Source: an uncultured Candidatus Saccharibacteria bacterium | GTDB lineage: Bacteria; Patescibacteriota; Minisyncoccia; Phycocordibacterales; UBA918 | Length of the DNA: 64,000 bases | NCBI GenBank assembly: GCA_964402035.1 | Contig: CAYOAM010000002.1 | Coordinates: 178,964-242,963, forward strand | Direction: 5' to 3' | Shown: positions 1 through 10,050 of the stretch, in pieces | How positions within the stretch are numbered: the first letter of the stretch is position 1 | How the letters are laid out: every line of letters begins with the position of its first letter | The notes under the pieces: model-generated | Databases searched by the model: none | What the model saw: only the letters and a program-made list of their open reading frames with translations | What the model was told of the DNA's origin: nothing | Made by a program: the position numbers and the translations under genes

Positions 1-364
1 TAAACAAGGCTGCTGGAACGCCGACAGCGTGCGCCATCATTGCCCAGATCCCATCAAAATGATACCTACGATGTAACTGTACCGCATACAGGAATGCCAG
101 AACTTGATAGAGTGCCTTATTGAGATGCAACGGAAATCGTCCAAGATCTCCCATATTGGGTTGCGCTGTAGTAAACCCGATCCGATGCACTATAACGTTG
201 CCAATCCTTTCAGTCTTCGGTAATCGAGCGTCGTAACGATTGGTAATCATATGAAACTCATATCTCTGCGGATCGATGCGATCGGTAATTTCTTTGATAG
301 CAATTTCGGCTCCCCCAATGTGACGCGGAAAATATGCTAGAGAAAAAATAAGTATTCGTTTCAT
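1..364 (-). CDS. Glycosyltransferase family 4 protein, N-terminal part (runs off window start)
   Basis: Manual translation from ATG at 364: MKRILIFSLAYFPRHIGGAEIAIKEITDRI..., the GT4 N-terminal 'Y-P--GGAE' motif; absent from the ORF track because truncated. Confidence 0.8.
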   Translation of the reverse strand, partial: MKRILIFSLAYFPRHIGGAEIAIKEITDRIDPQRYEFHMITNRYDARLPKTERIGNVIVHRIGFTTAQPNMGDLGRFPLHLNKALYQVLAFLYAVQLHRRYHFDGIWAMMAHAVGVPAALF

Positions 365-481
365 GGAAGTATACTAGTCACCATAGCGTGTTTTATCCTT
401 AGTTACAACCATTTTTACATAAAAAAGTCGCCTAGCACCAATCTCATAAGTTGAGTCTGATATTAGGCGACAAAGTGGTCT

Positions 482-664
482 TTATCGACTGACAACGAGC
501 CACAAAATTGACTGCTTCGGACCCTTCGTCTTTCGGTAAACCACTTTACGAGTAGGTACGCGAATTAGGGGTACGACCGTCGCAGCGGTTGTAGGCTCAC
601 GGAGCGAGGTAAAATAGTGCTTCCGAATTGTTCGCGATGTAACCGGACCTTTTTCCAATACCAC
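482..664 (-). CDS. Small basic hypothetical protein (60 aa)
   Basis: GGGGAGG next to the GTG/TTG start; hairpin downstream (427-471); fills an intergenic gap. Confidence 0.4.
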   Translation of the reverse strand: MVLEKGPVTSRTIRKHYFTSLREPTTAATVVPLIRVPTRKVVYRKTKGPKQSILWLVVSR

Positions 665-726
665 CTCCCCAAAAAAGAGCGCTGCAATCTAAAACATTGA
701 AATGAATATATTGGTTACAAAGAGCA

Positions 727-2640
727 TTACTCCCGTACCGGAGGTCGTTCATTTTTTGAAACAGCAAGTATTTTTTGAAGCTCCGCTAGCGTCATTTCTG
801 GCTGCTCTTTTTCTGTCAATCGAGACTCTTGCGGAGTGGTATTTTCAATCTTTTGCGGATTGGCATGCTGTTTTGATGGAGCGACGCGAACAGCTTCTGT
901 ACGTATAGATGACTGCTTAACACCCTCATCAAGTACTGAGCGCAGCGCACTCTTTAAATCGCGTGGTGTCGTAGTCGTTGACGTTGGTGTATTGGAAACC
1001 GCTTTATTTTGCGGTGCTACTTTTTGCTTTTCCTGTTTTGAGATTCGTTCCAAAATAGAGCGCAAATCATCCACATTCTTTGCATGCACTTCACGTGATG
1101 GAGACATCTTCTGACTCATAAGTTCTTTAAACGGTGGCCGCTTACTCTCTTGAGGACGCACGACCTGTTTTGGTCGCACCTCAACAGCTGCGGTAACGTT
1201 TTCTTTTGTATCTTCACGCTGCACCGGTTTCTGTACAACTGTTTGTACGGCAGTAGGAGCAACAACAACCTCAGCTTTAACTTCCTTTTTCGAGGCAGCG
1301 GGACGATCTTTTGATGTTGGTGCTGGTATTACTCGAGCCGGTTTTTTGATCGGTTCATGCCAGATACGTATCAATTCTTCAACTTCAGCACGAGGGCGCG
1401 AATACTTTGCCCGACTAGCCGCAATGACCTGATCCACGTGCGACATCTCTGCTTTTGGTATCGGTGGCAACGTGACCGCGGAAAAAGGCTTCGATCCAAT
1501 ACCATCAATCATGAGTGTGAGATAAATCTGTGCAAAACCTAAATTCACCAAATCGGTAGCGGTAAACTGTGGCGCAAACACAACCTCGAGTGTTTCAGCG
1601 TCAAAAGGACCCACACGAAAACTGATAGTTGTACCGACGTTACCAAAGACCGCATTACGCACCTCTTCTTCCATTTGTTCAACGTACTGATGTGCAATCG
1701 TCAGATTTAGTTTATATTTTCTTGCCTCAGAAAGAATATTTGCAAATGTCTCATTGGCAAATGATTGAAACTCATCTACATAGAGGTAAAAATTGGGCGC
1801 TTTTGCCATTGCTGCTGGCGGCATATCGGCGCGGGACATAGCCGCAAGATAGATGCGCGTAATAAACATCGAACCCAAGAGATTGGCATTGGTTTCCCCC
1901 ACCAAACCTTTTGAAAGATTGATGATAAGAATTTTTCGATCCTCCATCATCTGCCGTATATCAAAACTCGACTTCTCTTGACCAACAATGTTTCGTATCA
2001 GTGGATTTGCAGTAAACTGACCAACTTTGTTTTTGATCGCGTCGCCCGCCTCCTGCATATAACGCTCATTGTATTTTGCAAATTCGTCCACCCAAAAAGA
2101 TCGAACCGAAGGATCTTTCACATTTGCAACTACCTCTTTTCGATAATCAGGGTCAGAGAGCATGCGATTGACCCCGAGCAAGGTCGCTCCCGGATATTCA
2201 AGGAGTGCAAGCATCGTATTTGAGAGGATATACTCCATGCGTGCAGACCATGCGTCGACCCAAATCTTTTTGAACGTCGACATGAGTCCCGAGACCACTA
2301 AGTGGCGCTTGTCATAGCCCACATCCTCCATCACATTGAATGACATCGGATACCCCATATCGAATGGCGCAAAATACAATACATCTTTCATCCGAGACTC
2401 AGGAATGTATTCCAATATCTTTTCGGCCGTTGCGCCGTGTGGGTCCATAAAAGCCATCCCCTCTCCGTGTTTAATATCCTGTACCGCCATATTCTCGAGC
2501 ATGGTTGATTTGCCCATACCGGTCTTGCCAATAACATACATATGCTTGGTACGGTCTTTTGCCTTAATACCAAAAGCGACCTCACGCCCACGAGCATCAG
2601 TACGCGCAAAAAAAGTAATACGTTCTGGATCAAATTGCAT
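727..2640 (-). CDS. HerA/VirD4(TraG)-like P-loop ATPase (type IV coupling-protein-like, common in CPR) with a low-complexity C-terminal tail
   Basis: Walker A GKTGMGKS, 'DPHG', Walker B 'LYVDEFQSF', 'EARKY...IAHQY'. Confidence 0.85.
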   Translation of the reverse strand: MQFDPERITFFARTDARGREVAFGIKAKDRTKHMYVIGKTGMGKSTMLENMAVQDIKHGEGMAFMDPHGATAEKILEYIPESRMKDVLYFAPFDMGYPMSFNVMEDVGYDKRHLVVSGLMSTFKKIWVDAWSARMEYILSNTMLALLEYPGATLLGVNRMLSDPDYRKEVVANVKDPSVRSFWVDEFAKYNERYMQEAGDAIKNKVGQFTANPLIRNIVGQEKSSFDIRQMMEDRKILIINLSKGLVGETNANLLGSMFITRIYLAAMSRADMPPAAMAKAPNFYLYVDEFQSFANETFANILSEARKYKLNLTIAHQYVEQMEEEVRNAVFGNVGTTISFRVGPFDAETLEVVFAPQFTATDLVNLGFAQIYLTLMIDGIGSKPFSAVTLPPIPKAEMSHVDQVIAASRAKYSRPRAEVEELIRIWHEPIKKPARVIPAPTSKDRPAASKKEVKAEVVVAPTAVQTVVQKPVQREDTKENVTAAVEVRPKQVVRPQESKRPPFKELMSQKMSPSREVHAKNVDDLRSILERISKQEKQKVAPQNKAVSNTPTSTTTTPRDLKSALRSVLDEGVKQSSIRTEAVRVAPSKQHANPQKIENTTPQESRLTEKEQPEMTLAELQKILAVSKNERPPVRE

Positions 2641-2702
2641 AGCAGTTCAAGTATAACAAAAAACTCACAGCAAGGGGTTACCCCCATAGTGTAGAGCATG
2701 CT

Positions 2703-3614
2703 ATGATTCCCGGTACTATGTCACAAGGACAACAGGAAAAAACCCGTGCTGTAGAAAACTGGTGGAACACCAACCCATTTACCTACAACGGCTCGATAGG
2801 AGTTGGCAAAACGGTCGCCGTAGAAGACATGGATGTTAGTTTTTTTGATACCGCCGAAGCCCGCTACAAAAAGCACTCCGGCGGATCAACCGAAGACTCT
2901 GGAAAAGAGGTCTTTTCTAAGTTTATTGACTACCCTTCACTCAACGGGAAAAAAGTGCTTGATATAGCAACGGGCACAGGATTTTCAACGGTAACGTTTG
3001 CGCGTCACGGAGCTATCGTTACCGGTATTGATCTTACTGAGTACGCAACACGAGCAACACAACGAAATTTGGCGCTAAGAAATTTGCCAGGAACCGTTTT
3101 GCAGATGGATGCACAAAAACTTAATTTTCCTGACAATACGTTTGATTTTGTCTGTGCACATGGATGCCTCATGCATATGCCGAGCACCGCGAGTGCGGTA
3201 GCCGAAATCTATCGGGTACTAAAACCAGGTGGCACGATGTACGCATGGATGTATCACAAGGGTTGGTACTATTGGTTTAATATTCTTTTTGTACGCGGCA
3301 TACTCTGCGGAAAATTGTTTACCAACGGTTTTAGTACGCTCAAACTCACGAGTATGTATACCGATGGTGCATTTATGGGAGGCAACCCCCACACACGTCT
3401 CTATTCACGATCTGAGTTTAGAAACCTCTTTATGAAAGGCGGACTCACCAATGTCACTGTACATATCAATCACAATACGGCTGAGTGGGTATCGTGGCCG
3501 ATGGGAAAAATAGGATTTGGACATCGACTCATACCAAAAAGACTTCAGTATTTCTTGAGCGAACGTTGTGGGTTTGGTCTCGGTGCTTCTATTACTGCAA
3601 AAAAACCAGTGTGA
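2703..3614 (+). CDS. Class I SAM-dependent methyltransferase (UbiE-like)
   Basis: VLDIATGTG motif I, 'DAQKLNFPDNTFD', 'EIYRVLKPGG'. Confidence 0.85.
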   Translation: MIPGTMSQGQQEKTRAVENWWNTNPFTYNGSIGVGKTVAVEDMDVSFFDTAEARYKKHSGGSTEDSGKEVFSKFIDYPSLNGKKVLDIATGTGFSTVTFARHGAIVTGIDLTEYATRATQRNLALRNLPGTVLQMDAQKLNFPDNTFDFVCAHGCLMHMPSTASAVAEIYRVLKPGGTMYAWMYHKGWYYWFNILFVRGILCGKLFTNGFSTLKLTSMYTDGAFMGGNPHTRLYSRSEFRNLFMKGGLTNVTVHINHNTAEWVSWPMGKIGFGHRLIPKRLQYFLSERCGFGLGASITAKKPV

Positions 3615-3628
3615 ACTATGTAGTATCG

Positions 3629-4993
3629 CTACCAATCAATAGCGATTCGATCACCAAGTGACGGCGCTTCGGCCAGTGCATCAAGATAATCTCGTAATCG
3701 TTGCACCAAAAAGAGTGAAGCTTTTTCTTCTCCCATAGTAACGAATACTTTCTTTAATGATTTTGCTGTTCCTGCAACAAAATCAACAAGTGCTTCACGG
3801 TCGGCGTGACCTGAGTACCCTTGGATAGTTTCGATCTTTGCTCGTACCGCGACGACATGCCCATCAATAGTAACTTTTCGTGCACCATCCTGCAAAAGAC
3901 GTCCTATACTCCCCACTGTTTGGTACCCGACCAAAAGCACAGTGTTCTTTGGATCATCGAGATACATTTCTTCATGCTTTCGAATACGTCCCCCATGTGA
4001 CATCCCTGATCCTGCAATGATAATCTTTGGCCCTGGAACAGACTCAATTGCTTCAGATTCTTTCACCGATTCGGTAAAAGATAGCTTGGGAAAATCAAAA
4101 ATATCATCACCATTACTAATCTGTGTTTGTATCTCACGCTTAAGATACGTACTATGCTTGCGGTACAATTCCGTAACCTCGATAGCAAGCGGTGAATCAA
4201 GAAATGTAGGGACAGGCGCAATTTTTTTCGACTCCACAAAGTTATTAATTTCAAACAGCATGGCTTGTGTGCGCTCGAGAGAAAAAGCAGGAATAATCAG
4301 CGTGCCCTTTTTTCGTATCGTATCTTGGATGTATTGGAGCAATAGCGAGGATCGTTCTGCTACATCTTCATGCAGTCGATCACCATAGACACTCTCCATC
4401 ACCATAAACGTAGCATCGGTAGGATACTCTGGCTCATCAAGCAATGGCTGCGGCACATTGCCAATATCCCCCGAGAAAAAGAGCTTCTTGCCATCACGTA
4501 TAAACGTCACAAATGCAGAACCCAAGATATGTCCTGCATTAGAAAAGGAGACCGACATATCATCTTTAATCGCCATCGTCTCTCCGTATGTCATTACTTT
4601 CCATAGACGTAGTGCCGCATCAATATGCGCAGGCTCATAGAGTACCGGCGTCCCATACGTCCGTGCTTCGTATGACATGACATTGTATGCATCTCGCAGC
4701 ATCACTTCTGCGAGATCACGTGTTGGTGGTGTACTATAGATCACCCCTCCAAAACCATCCTTCACCAGTTTCGGTATGCGGCCAATATGGTCTGCATGTG
4801 CGTGTGTTATAAATAATATATTAACGTCCTTAGGATCATAGAGAAAATCAGCACTATTTTCATTTTGTGCAAAATGTGAACCCTGGACGAGTCCACAATC
4901 TACCAATACTTTTTGTGTTTCGGTTTCCAATAAAAAGTTGGCTCCAGTAACACTTCCTGTACCTCCATAAAAACCTAGATGTGCTGTCCGCAT
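3629..4993 (-). CDS. MBL-fold beta-CASP ribonuclease
   Basis: THAHADHIG, AGHILGS, FSGDIG, MESVYGDR, YSGHAD motifs. Confidence 0.9.
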   Translation of the reverse strand: MRTAHLGFYGGTGSVTGANFLLETETQKVLVDCGLVQGSHFAQNENSADFLYDPKDVNILFITHAHADHIGRIPKLVKDGFGGVIYSTPPTRDLAEVMLRDAYNVMSYEARTYGTPVLYEPAHIDAALRLWKVMTYGETMAIKDDMSVSFSNAGHILGSAFVTFIRDGKKLFFSGDIGNVPQPLLDEPEYPTDATFMVMESVYGDRLHEDVAERSSLLLQYIQDTIRKKGTLIIPAFSLERTQAMLFEINNFVESKKIAPVPTFLDSPLAIEVTELYRKHSTYLKREIQTQISNGDDIFDFPKLSFTESVKESEAIESVPGPKIIIAGSGMSHGGRIRKHEEMYLDDPKNTVLLVGYQTVGSIGRLLQDGARKVTIDGHVVAVRAKIETIQGYSGHADREALVDFVAGTAKSLKKVFVTMGEEKASLFLVQRLRDYLDALAEAPSLGDRIAIDW

Positions 4994-4995
4994 AA

Positions 4996-5376
4996 TTAAT
5001 ATTGTTTCTTATAGAGCGTTGCGATCATGTAGCCGACCGTTCCCCCCATCAAATCAAAGACAAGATCAGAAAGTGTATCGAGTTTATAATTGACCGCATC
5101 GGCAAGTACGAACCACCATTCAAAAATCTCCCAAGCAATCCCAACAGCAAACACTACCACGAGACACATCCATATCGTTTCTACCCGAATAGGCATCACG
5201 CGCCGAAAGAGAGCAGTCTGTGTACCGAGACCGATAATAACTCCACCCAAAAAATGCATCGGTACATCAAACCACGCATAGACCCAATAGAGAGAATACA
5301 TGAGCGCAAGTTGATGCAAGAGCGCAAGTGTCGTGAGTGCTATAAAAAAAAGAATGAGTGGACTATCAAATCGCAT
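4996..5376 (-). CDS. Small integral membrane protein (VanZ/DUF2238-like)
   Basis: 'FDVPMHFLGG', 'WEIFEW', 'DTLSDL' with hydrophobic helices; start moved to ATG 5376 just after a TATACT. Confidence 0.65.
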   Translation of the reverse strand: MRFDSPLILFFIALTTLALLHQLALMYSLYWVYAWFDVPMHFLGGVIIGLGTQTALFRRVMPIRVETIWMCLVVVFAVGIAWEIFEWWFVLADAVNYKLDTLSDLVFDLMGGTVGYMIATLYKKQY

Positions 5377-5429
5377 CAGACTAGTATAGCAAAAGATACA
5401 AAAAATCCGGCCTACGCCGGATACTTTGT

Positions 5430-5582
5430 ACGGGTCACATAGAAGCATGTCGCCCTGAAAGTTTCAGGTGGGTGCCCTATCCAATCTGCGGCTGAAATCT
5501 CTTGCGAGTCCTCATTGGCGATTGCGAGATTAGGCTCCCTAACATTACTGTTAAGAGAAACATGCTATAAATGCAACCCTAC
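5430..5582 (-). ncRNA. ssrS: 6S RNA
   Basis: Closing stem GGGTTGCAT..AGCATGT / ACATGCT..ATGTGACCC, central bubble, GGGCACCCACCTG motif typical of 6S RNAs; TATAAT upstream and hairpin+T-run (5401-5425) downstream. Confidence 0.75.
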
Positions 5583-5649
5583 CGATGATTATAGCAGTTT
5601 TTTCTTTCATGCAAAGTCATTCACAGCCACAGCAGAAAACAAGCACGCA

Positions 5650-5774
5650 ACAAAACGCATTAGATGCTAGGAGATACGAGGCGCGGACGAGGAACGACGC
5701 GAGCCGTATTCAAAATACGGTGAGCTAGTCCCGGAGTCCGCAACAAAGTAGCTTCTGCAGATAATGCGTTTTGT
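5650..5774. repeat. Palindromic MITE-like element (RPE-like), copy 1
   Basis: 13-bp terminal inverted repeats ACAAAACGCATTA/TAATGCGTTTTGT; core AGATACGAGGCG...CAACAAAGTAG shared with 20805-20950. Confidence 0.65.
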
Positions 5775-6401
5775 CTATTCGAGGATGCCGTTCAGATCGA
5801 CATCGTATAGTATCCGTTCCTGTGCCGTCTTATAGTTAATCAATTCCTTAGCATCAAACCATACAGCGATCTCACGCTCTGCTTCGTCAGGTGACTCTGA
5901 CTGATGAACGAGATTGCGCACTGCGCGATTCTGAAATGTAGAGTGTCCATAGGAATCAACGGTGAGATCTCCACGAATCGTACCAACATCGGACGTCGCA
6001 GGCTCAGTTGAACCAACAATCTTTGATACAATCGCCACAGCTTGATTGCCTTCAACCACCATAGCAAGCACAGGGCCAGCGGTCATAAACGCAACGATAG
6101 TGTCTATAATTCCTCGGCCATATGCCATAGCATCTTTCTTTATAGGGAGACCTTGCGCCGTCAAATCTTCGATAATACGATTGCCTTTCTTAAGAAACCA
6201 CGCATCGTCTTTGTTGTAGTGTACAAGACATTGCTCGCGATTGGGTACCAAAAACTTAAAACCGACAAATTTGAGACCGGTTCGCTCAAAACGGGCAATA
6301 ATCTCGCCAATTAGCCCACGCTGTACGCCGTCAGGTTTGATGATGACCAAAGTGCGCTCTTGGTGCATACCGGGCTTTCGCATTGAAATTTCATTACTCA
6401 T
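5775..6401 (-). CDS. ndk: Nucleoside diphosphate kinase
   Basis: ERTLVIIKPDGVQRGLIGEII, GTIRGD, RNLVH(Q)S. Confidence 0.95.
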   Translation of the reverse strand: MSNEISMRKPGMHQERTLVIIKPDGVQRGLIGEIIARFERTGLKFVGFKFLVPNREQCLVHYNKDDAWFLKKGNRIIEDLTAQGLPIKKDAMAYGRGIIDTIVAFMTAGPVLAMVVEGNQAVAIVSKIVGSTEPATSDVGTIRGDLTVDSYGHSTFQNRAVRNLVHQSESPDEAEREIAVWFDAKELINYKTAQERILYDVDLNGILE

Positions 6402-6466
6402 ACCTATATTATAGCATATTTAAGGCTTTATTCAAGCCATCTTTGTTCACTATTGATATTGCAATA

Positions 6467-6543
6467 CAAAAACAGCACCCTGCACATTTTTAAACCCAGA
6501 CCTACCCCCGACCTTTTTAAAAATGTGCAGGGTGCTGTTTTTG
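6467..6543. repeat. Long perfect hairpin with conserved G/C-rich loop, copy 1
   Basis: 28-bp inverted repeat around CCCAGACCTACCCCCGACCTT. Confidence 0.75.
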
Positions 6544-6548
6544 GTCAC

Positions 6549-7325
6549 CTAAGCCTGCTCGGTCACAATCTCGGGGCCTGCTTCGGTGATCAGCACAGTG
6601 TGTTCAAAATGAGCACTACGAGAACCATCCTTGGTACGCACGGTATAACCATCCTCTTCATCAAACACCACCTGCTTTTTGCCCGCATTGAGCATCGGCT
6701 CAATTGCAAATGCCATCCCCACTTCAATTTTTTCCCCTGTCCCAGGGCGTCCAAAATTGGGTACAAATGGCGCTTCATGGACTGCGTAGCCCACGCCGTG
6801 CCCGCAGAGCTCCTCCACAATACCAAAACCAAATGGCTTTACGTAGGATTCGATCGCATGACCAATATCGCCCACCGTATTACCTGCACGCGCCGCAGCA
6901 ATGCCACGCGCGCGCGCTTCTTTTGTAACGTCAATAAGTTTTTGTGAAAGTGCATCAATCTTCCCTACCGCTACGGTCCGAGCTGAATCAACGATCATAT
7001 CGTCAACAGCGATCGAGACATCAATACCGATGATGTCTCCTTCTTTGAGGATGATTGGGCTTTCGTTTGGTATGCCATGCACTATGACGTCGTTGACCGA
7101 TGTGCAGATCGCTGCAGGATAGGGGCGTTCGGCAAACTCCGGATGATACCCAAGAAGAATCGGCTCTGCGCCATACTGTTCGATCAGGCGCATCGCTTCA
7201 TCATCAAGATCTTGGGTCGAAACGCCGGGTGCCACCATACGTTCGAGATCAGTAAGGACGCGCGCAAGAACCTTCCCCGCTTTGCGCATTTTTTCAAAAT
7301 CATCTTTCGTTTTTTTCTGAATCAT
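6549..7325 (-). CDS. map: Methionine aminopeptidase type I
   Basis: CTSVNDVIVHGIP, GHGVGYAVHEAP, AIEPM, SAHFEHT. Confidence 0.97.
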   Translation of the reverse strand: MIQKKTKDDFEKMRKAGKVLARVLTDLERMVAPGVSTQDLDDEAMRLIEQYGAEPILLGYHPEFAERPYPAAICTSVNDVIVHGIPNESPIILKEGDIIGIDVSIAVDDMIVDSARTVAVGKIDALSQKLIDVTKEARARGIAAARAGNTVGDIGHAIESYVKPFGFGIVEELCGHGVGYAVHEAPFVPNFGRPGTGEKIEVGMAFAIEPMLNAGKKQVVFDEEDGYTVRTKDGSRSAHFEHTVLITEAGPEIVTEQA

Positions 7326-7348
7326 TTTAAATTTTCCCTTCGATGTCG

Positions 7349-7422
7349 ACGACGGGCACGGATGTGTTTTTAAAAAGGTCGGGGGTAGGGCTGGGTTTTA
7401 AAAACACATCCGTGCCCGTCGT
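7349..7422. repeat. Long perfect hairpin with conserved G/C-rich loop, copy 2 (inverted relative to copy 1)
   Basis: 27-bp inverted repeat around AGGTCGGGGGTAGGGCTGGG. Confidence 0.75.
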
Positions 7423-7457
7423 TTGGTGATGTACTTTCGTGCGCAAAGTGCGCAGTT

Positions 7458-8057
7458 TCAATCTCCAAGCTCCAACCCCTCAATGATCGCATCTGTCACT
7501 GCATCAATAGACAACGTACCATCGATCGTAAGCAACGTCGTTTCCGTTTGCTTCTTATAATACTCAACCACCGGCAAGGTCTTTTCGTAATACCAAGAAA
7601 GTCGAGCCTCGATCGAAGCTGGCGTATCGTCACTGCGCGCACGTGTCCGCATGCGGTCGCGCACAACTTCTTCGGGTGTATCAAGAAAGACGATTGTCCG
7701 TTTTGTACGACCATAGAAACTAAGTGCTGTTTCAAGCACAATCGCCTCTTCAACGGTACGTGGAAAACCATCAATTAAGAGGTGGCACTCTGTATCGAGC
7801 TGCTGCACCATATCGTAGCCCCATAGTGCGACGGAAAGAAACAATGGCTGCAATTCACCAGTGTCCAAGGTCGCACCAATGTGCTCGGCGGTAAAGCCCG
7901 TTTCAATCTGAGCAAAAGAACGAAAACGTCGACCACTTTGGATATCAACGACCCGGCCTGCAGGGTCAAGCTTCCGCAGATACGCGTCGATACGCGCAAT
8001 CTGCGTCCCCTTACCACTCCCCTGTGGTCCGATAAAGATAATCGTCTGTGGCTCCAT
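7458..8057 (-). CDS. adk: Adenylate kinase (short-LID type)
   Basis: GPQGSGKGTQ, LIDGFPRT, RSDD; located between secY and map. Confidence 0.9.
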   Translation of the reverse strand: MEPQTIIFIGPQGSGKGTQIARIDAYLRKLDPAGRVVDIQSGRRFRSFAQIETGFTAEHIGATLDTGELQPLFLSVALWGYDMVQQLDTECHLLIDGFPRTVEEAIVLETALSFYGRTKRTIVFLDTPEEVVRDRMRTRARSDDTPASIEARLSWYYEKTLPVVEYYKKQTETTLLTIDGTLSIDAVTDAIIEGLELGD

Positions 8058-8163
8058 GCAATCTACAGAGTACTAGAGCCACCCTTAAAAGACAAGAAAT
8101 TAGTGGTATGCTATGCGGAGCAGTGGCCGACTATCACACCCTCAAAGTATAAACGAAACAAGC

Positions 8164-8730
8164 ATGAAAAAAGAAATAATCACCATCGCAGGAAAGCCAG
8201 GCAGTGGTAAATCAACCACAGCTAATATTTTAGCTCAGCTCCTTGGATACGAACGATACTCAGCAGGAAGTTTTTTGCGAACCATTGCAGAAGACCGTGG
8301 AATCAGCATTGAAGAAGCGAGTCGACTTGCACTTGAGGATGCATCGATCGACAAAGACATGGATGCTCGAGTTACATCGATTGGAACCACACAATCAAAA
8401 ATGGTTATAGACGGGCGGCTTGCATTCCACTTTATACCCCAGTCATTTAAAGTGTACCTCGAGCTCGATTTAAAAGTCGCAGCAGAAAGAATCTTTAGAG
8501 AAGACGAAATGGCGAGAATTGCTCGTGGCGAGATGGCAAAGACCGAGACTGCGCTCTATGAAGACATCAGCGCCCGCTTCCAAAGCGAACAGCTGCGGTA
8601 CCAAGGCCTGTATCACATAAACCCCCACCAACACTCATATTTTGATCTTGTGCTCGATACTACCGATCAATCCCCCGATGATGTTGCGCAACAGATTGTA
8701 AACGCGTACCAAAAATGGCTTGAAGCCTAA
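8164..8730 (+). CDS. cmk: Cytidylate kinase, archaeal-type
   Basis: ITIAGKPGSGKST, SAGSFLR, IDGRLA, FDLVLDT; start moved to ATG 8164. Confidence 0.8.
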   Translation: MKKEIITIAGKPGSGKSTTANILAQLLGYERYSAGSFLRTIAEDRGISIEEASRLALEDASIDKDMDARVTSIGTTQSKMVIDGRLAFHFIPQSFKVYLELDLKVAAERIFREDEMARIARGEMAKTETALYEDISARFQSEQLRYQGLYHINPHQHSYFDLVLDTTDQSPDDVAQQIVNAYQKWLEA

Positions 8731-8735
8731 TCTTT

Positions 8736-8777
8736 AAAAAGAAAAGCCCGCACCTAGGGTGCGGGCTTTTCTTTTTA
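8736..8777. terminator. Bidirectional intrinsic terminator between convergent cmk and secY
   Basis: AAAAGAAAAGCCCGCACC-TAG-GGTGCGGGCTTTTCTTTT. Confidence 0.85.
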
Positions 8778-10046
8778 ATACTCGCGGAGAGAGATTTGCG
8801 AGTCGATTCTACGAATGAGATCAAGGACTACCGAGACAACAATCAATAGTGCGGTGCCTCCAATCGCCAGTGTGGTAAAGCCCGTAAGGTTCTGCATAAT
8901 GAGTGGCAATACGGCTATAGTTCCTAAGAAGAATGCTCCCACAAACGTGATCCGAGTAATCACCTTTCCTAGATACTCTGAGGTATGTGCGCCTGGTCGT
9001 ACGCCAGGAACAAAGGCTCCATTGCGCTGTAGGTTTTTAGAAATCGAATCTGGATCAAACGTAACGGCAGTGTAGAAATACGTAAAAAGAAATACGAGCA
9101 CAAAATACGCGCCAGCATACAGCCACGGGCTCTGAAAAAATGAGAGAACCACTTCTGAAGCCTTCGCTATCCATGCGCTGTTAAAGCGAGAAAGCATGTT
9201 GAGAATCATCTGAGGAAACAGCAAAATTGAGAGTGCAAAAATGATTGGAATCACGCCAGCTTGATTGAGGCGTAGTGGAAGATAGGTAGACACCCCACCA
9301 TATACTTTGTTGCCACGCACACGCTTTGCGTAGGTCACCGGCACAGGACGCTCTGCTTCTGTTACGACAACCACCCCGTAAATAATGACGACGGCGACAG
9401 CGAGAAACGCCAAGTAGAGCGGAATCTGTGACTGATCAAATGTAAAGAACGCCTGGCTAACTGCGGCAGGCATACTCGCTACAATACCTCCGAAAATGAT
9501 GAGTGAGGTCCCGTTGCCTATACCAAACTCAGTCACCAGTTCTCCAATCCACATAAGCAGCATTGATCCGGCAACCACGACGACCAAGTTTGCAACGAAG
9601 TCTTGTACTGAAAGTACTCCCAACACACCTTGATTCTGAAGGAGCATCAAAAAACTAAAACCTTGGAGGATAGCAAGTGGTAGTGTCAAAAGACGACTGA
9701 TCTGCGTAAATTTCTGGCGGCCTGTCTCACCCTCTTCGGTATAGAGTGCTTTGAGTCGTGGCGACATCACGGTCAAAAGCTGCATGATGATCGATGCTGT
9801 AATATAGGGACCAACGCCAAGCATCACGAGCGAGAGATTTGAAAGCCCACCACCCGAGAAAATATTCAAAAGTCCAAAAAACTGATTATTCGAAAAAAAC
9901 TCTGCAAGTCGCAAGGGATCAACTCCCGGTGTCGGAATTGCAGCAAGCGCACGAAAAAGTACTAATGCCCCACAGACAAACAGTATTCGATTGCGCAATG
10001 TTGCGTCTCCGAAGATCAGCTTAACTTTTTGTATGAATGCATCCAT
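8775..10046 (-). CDS. secY: Preprotein translocase SecY
   Basis: LGVGPYITASIIMQLL, GIGNGTSLIIF, FVPGVRPG, GGTALLIVV. Confidence 0.98.
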   Translation of the reverse strand: MDAFIQKVKLIFGDATLRNRILFVCGALVLFRALAAIPTPGVDPLRLAEFFSNNQFFGLLNIFSGGGLSNLSLVMLGVGPYITASIIMQLLTVMSPRLKALYTEEGETGRQKFTQISRLLTLPLAILQGFSFLMLLQNQGVLGVLSVQDFVANLVVVVAGSMLLMWIGELVTEFGIGNGTSLIIFGGIVASMPAAVSQAFFTFDQSQIPLYLAFLAVAVVIIYGVVVVTEAERPVPVTYAKRVRGNKVYGGVSTYLPLRLNQAGVIPIIFALSILLFPQMILNMLSRFNSAWIAKASEVVLSFFQSPWLYAGAYFVLVFLFTYFYTAVTFDPDSISKNLQRNGAFVPGVRPGAHTSEYLGKVITRITFVGAFFLGTIAVLPLIMQNLTGFTTLAIGGTALLIVVSVVLDLIRRIDSQISLREY

Positions 10047-10050
10047 TTTT

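Noticed and set aside
727-2640. Conjugative element
   Set aside because: Lone VirD4/HerA-like ATPase with no relaxase, integrase or virB cluster; such genes are routine in CPR chromosomes.
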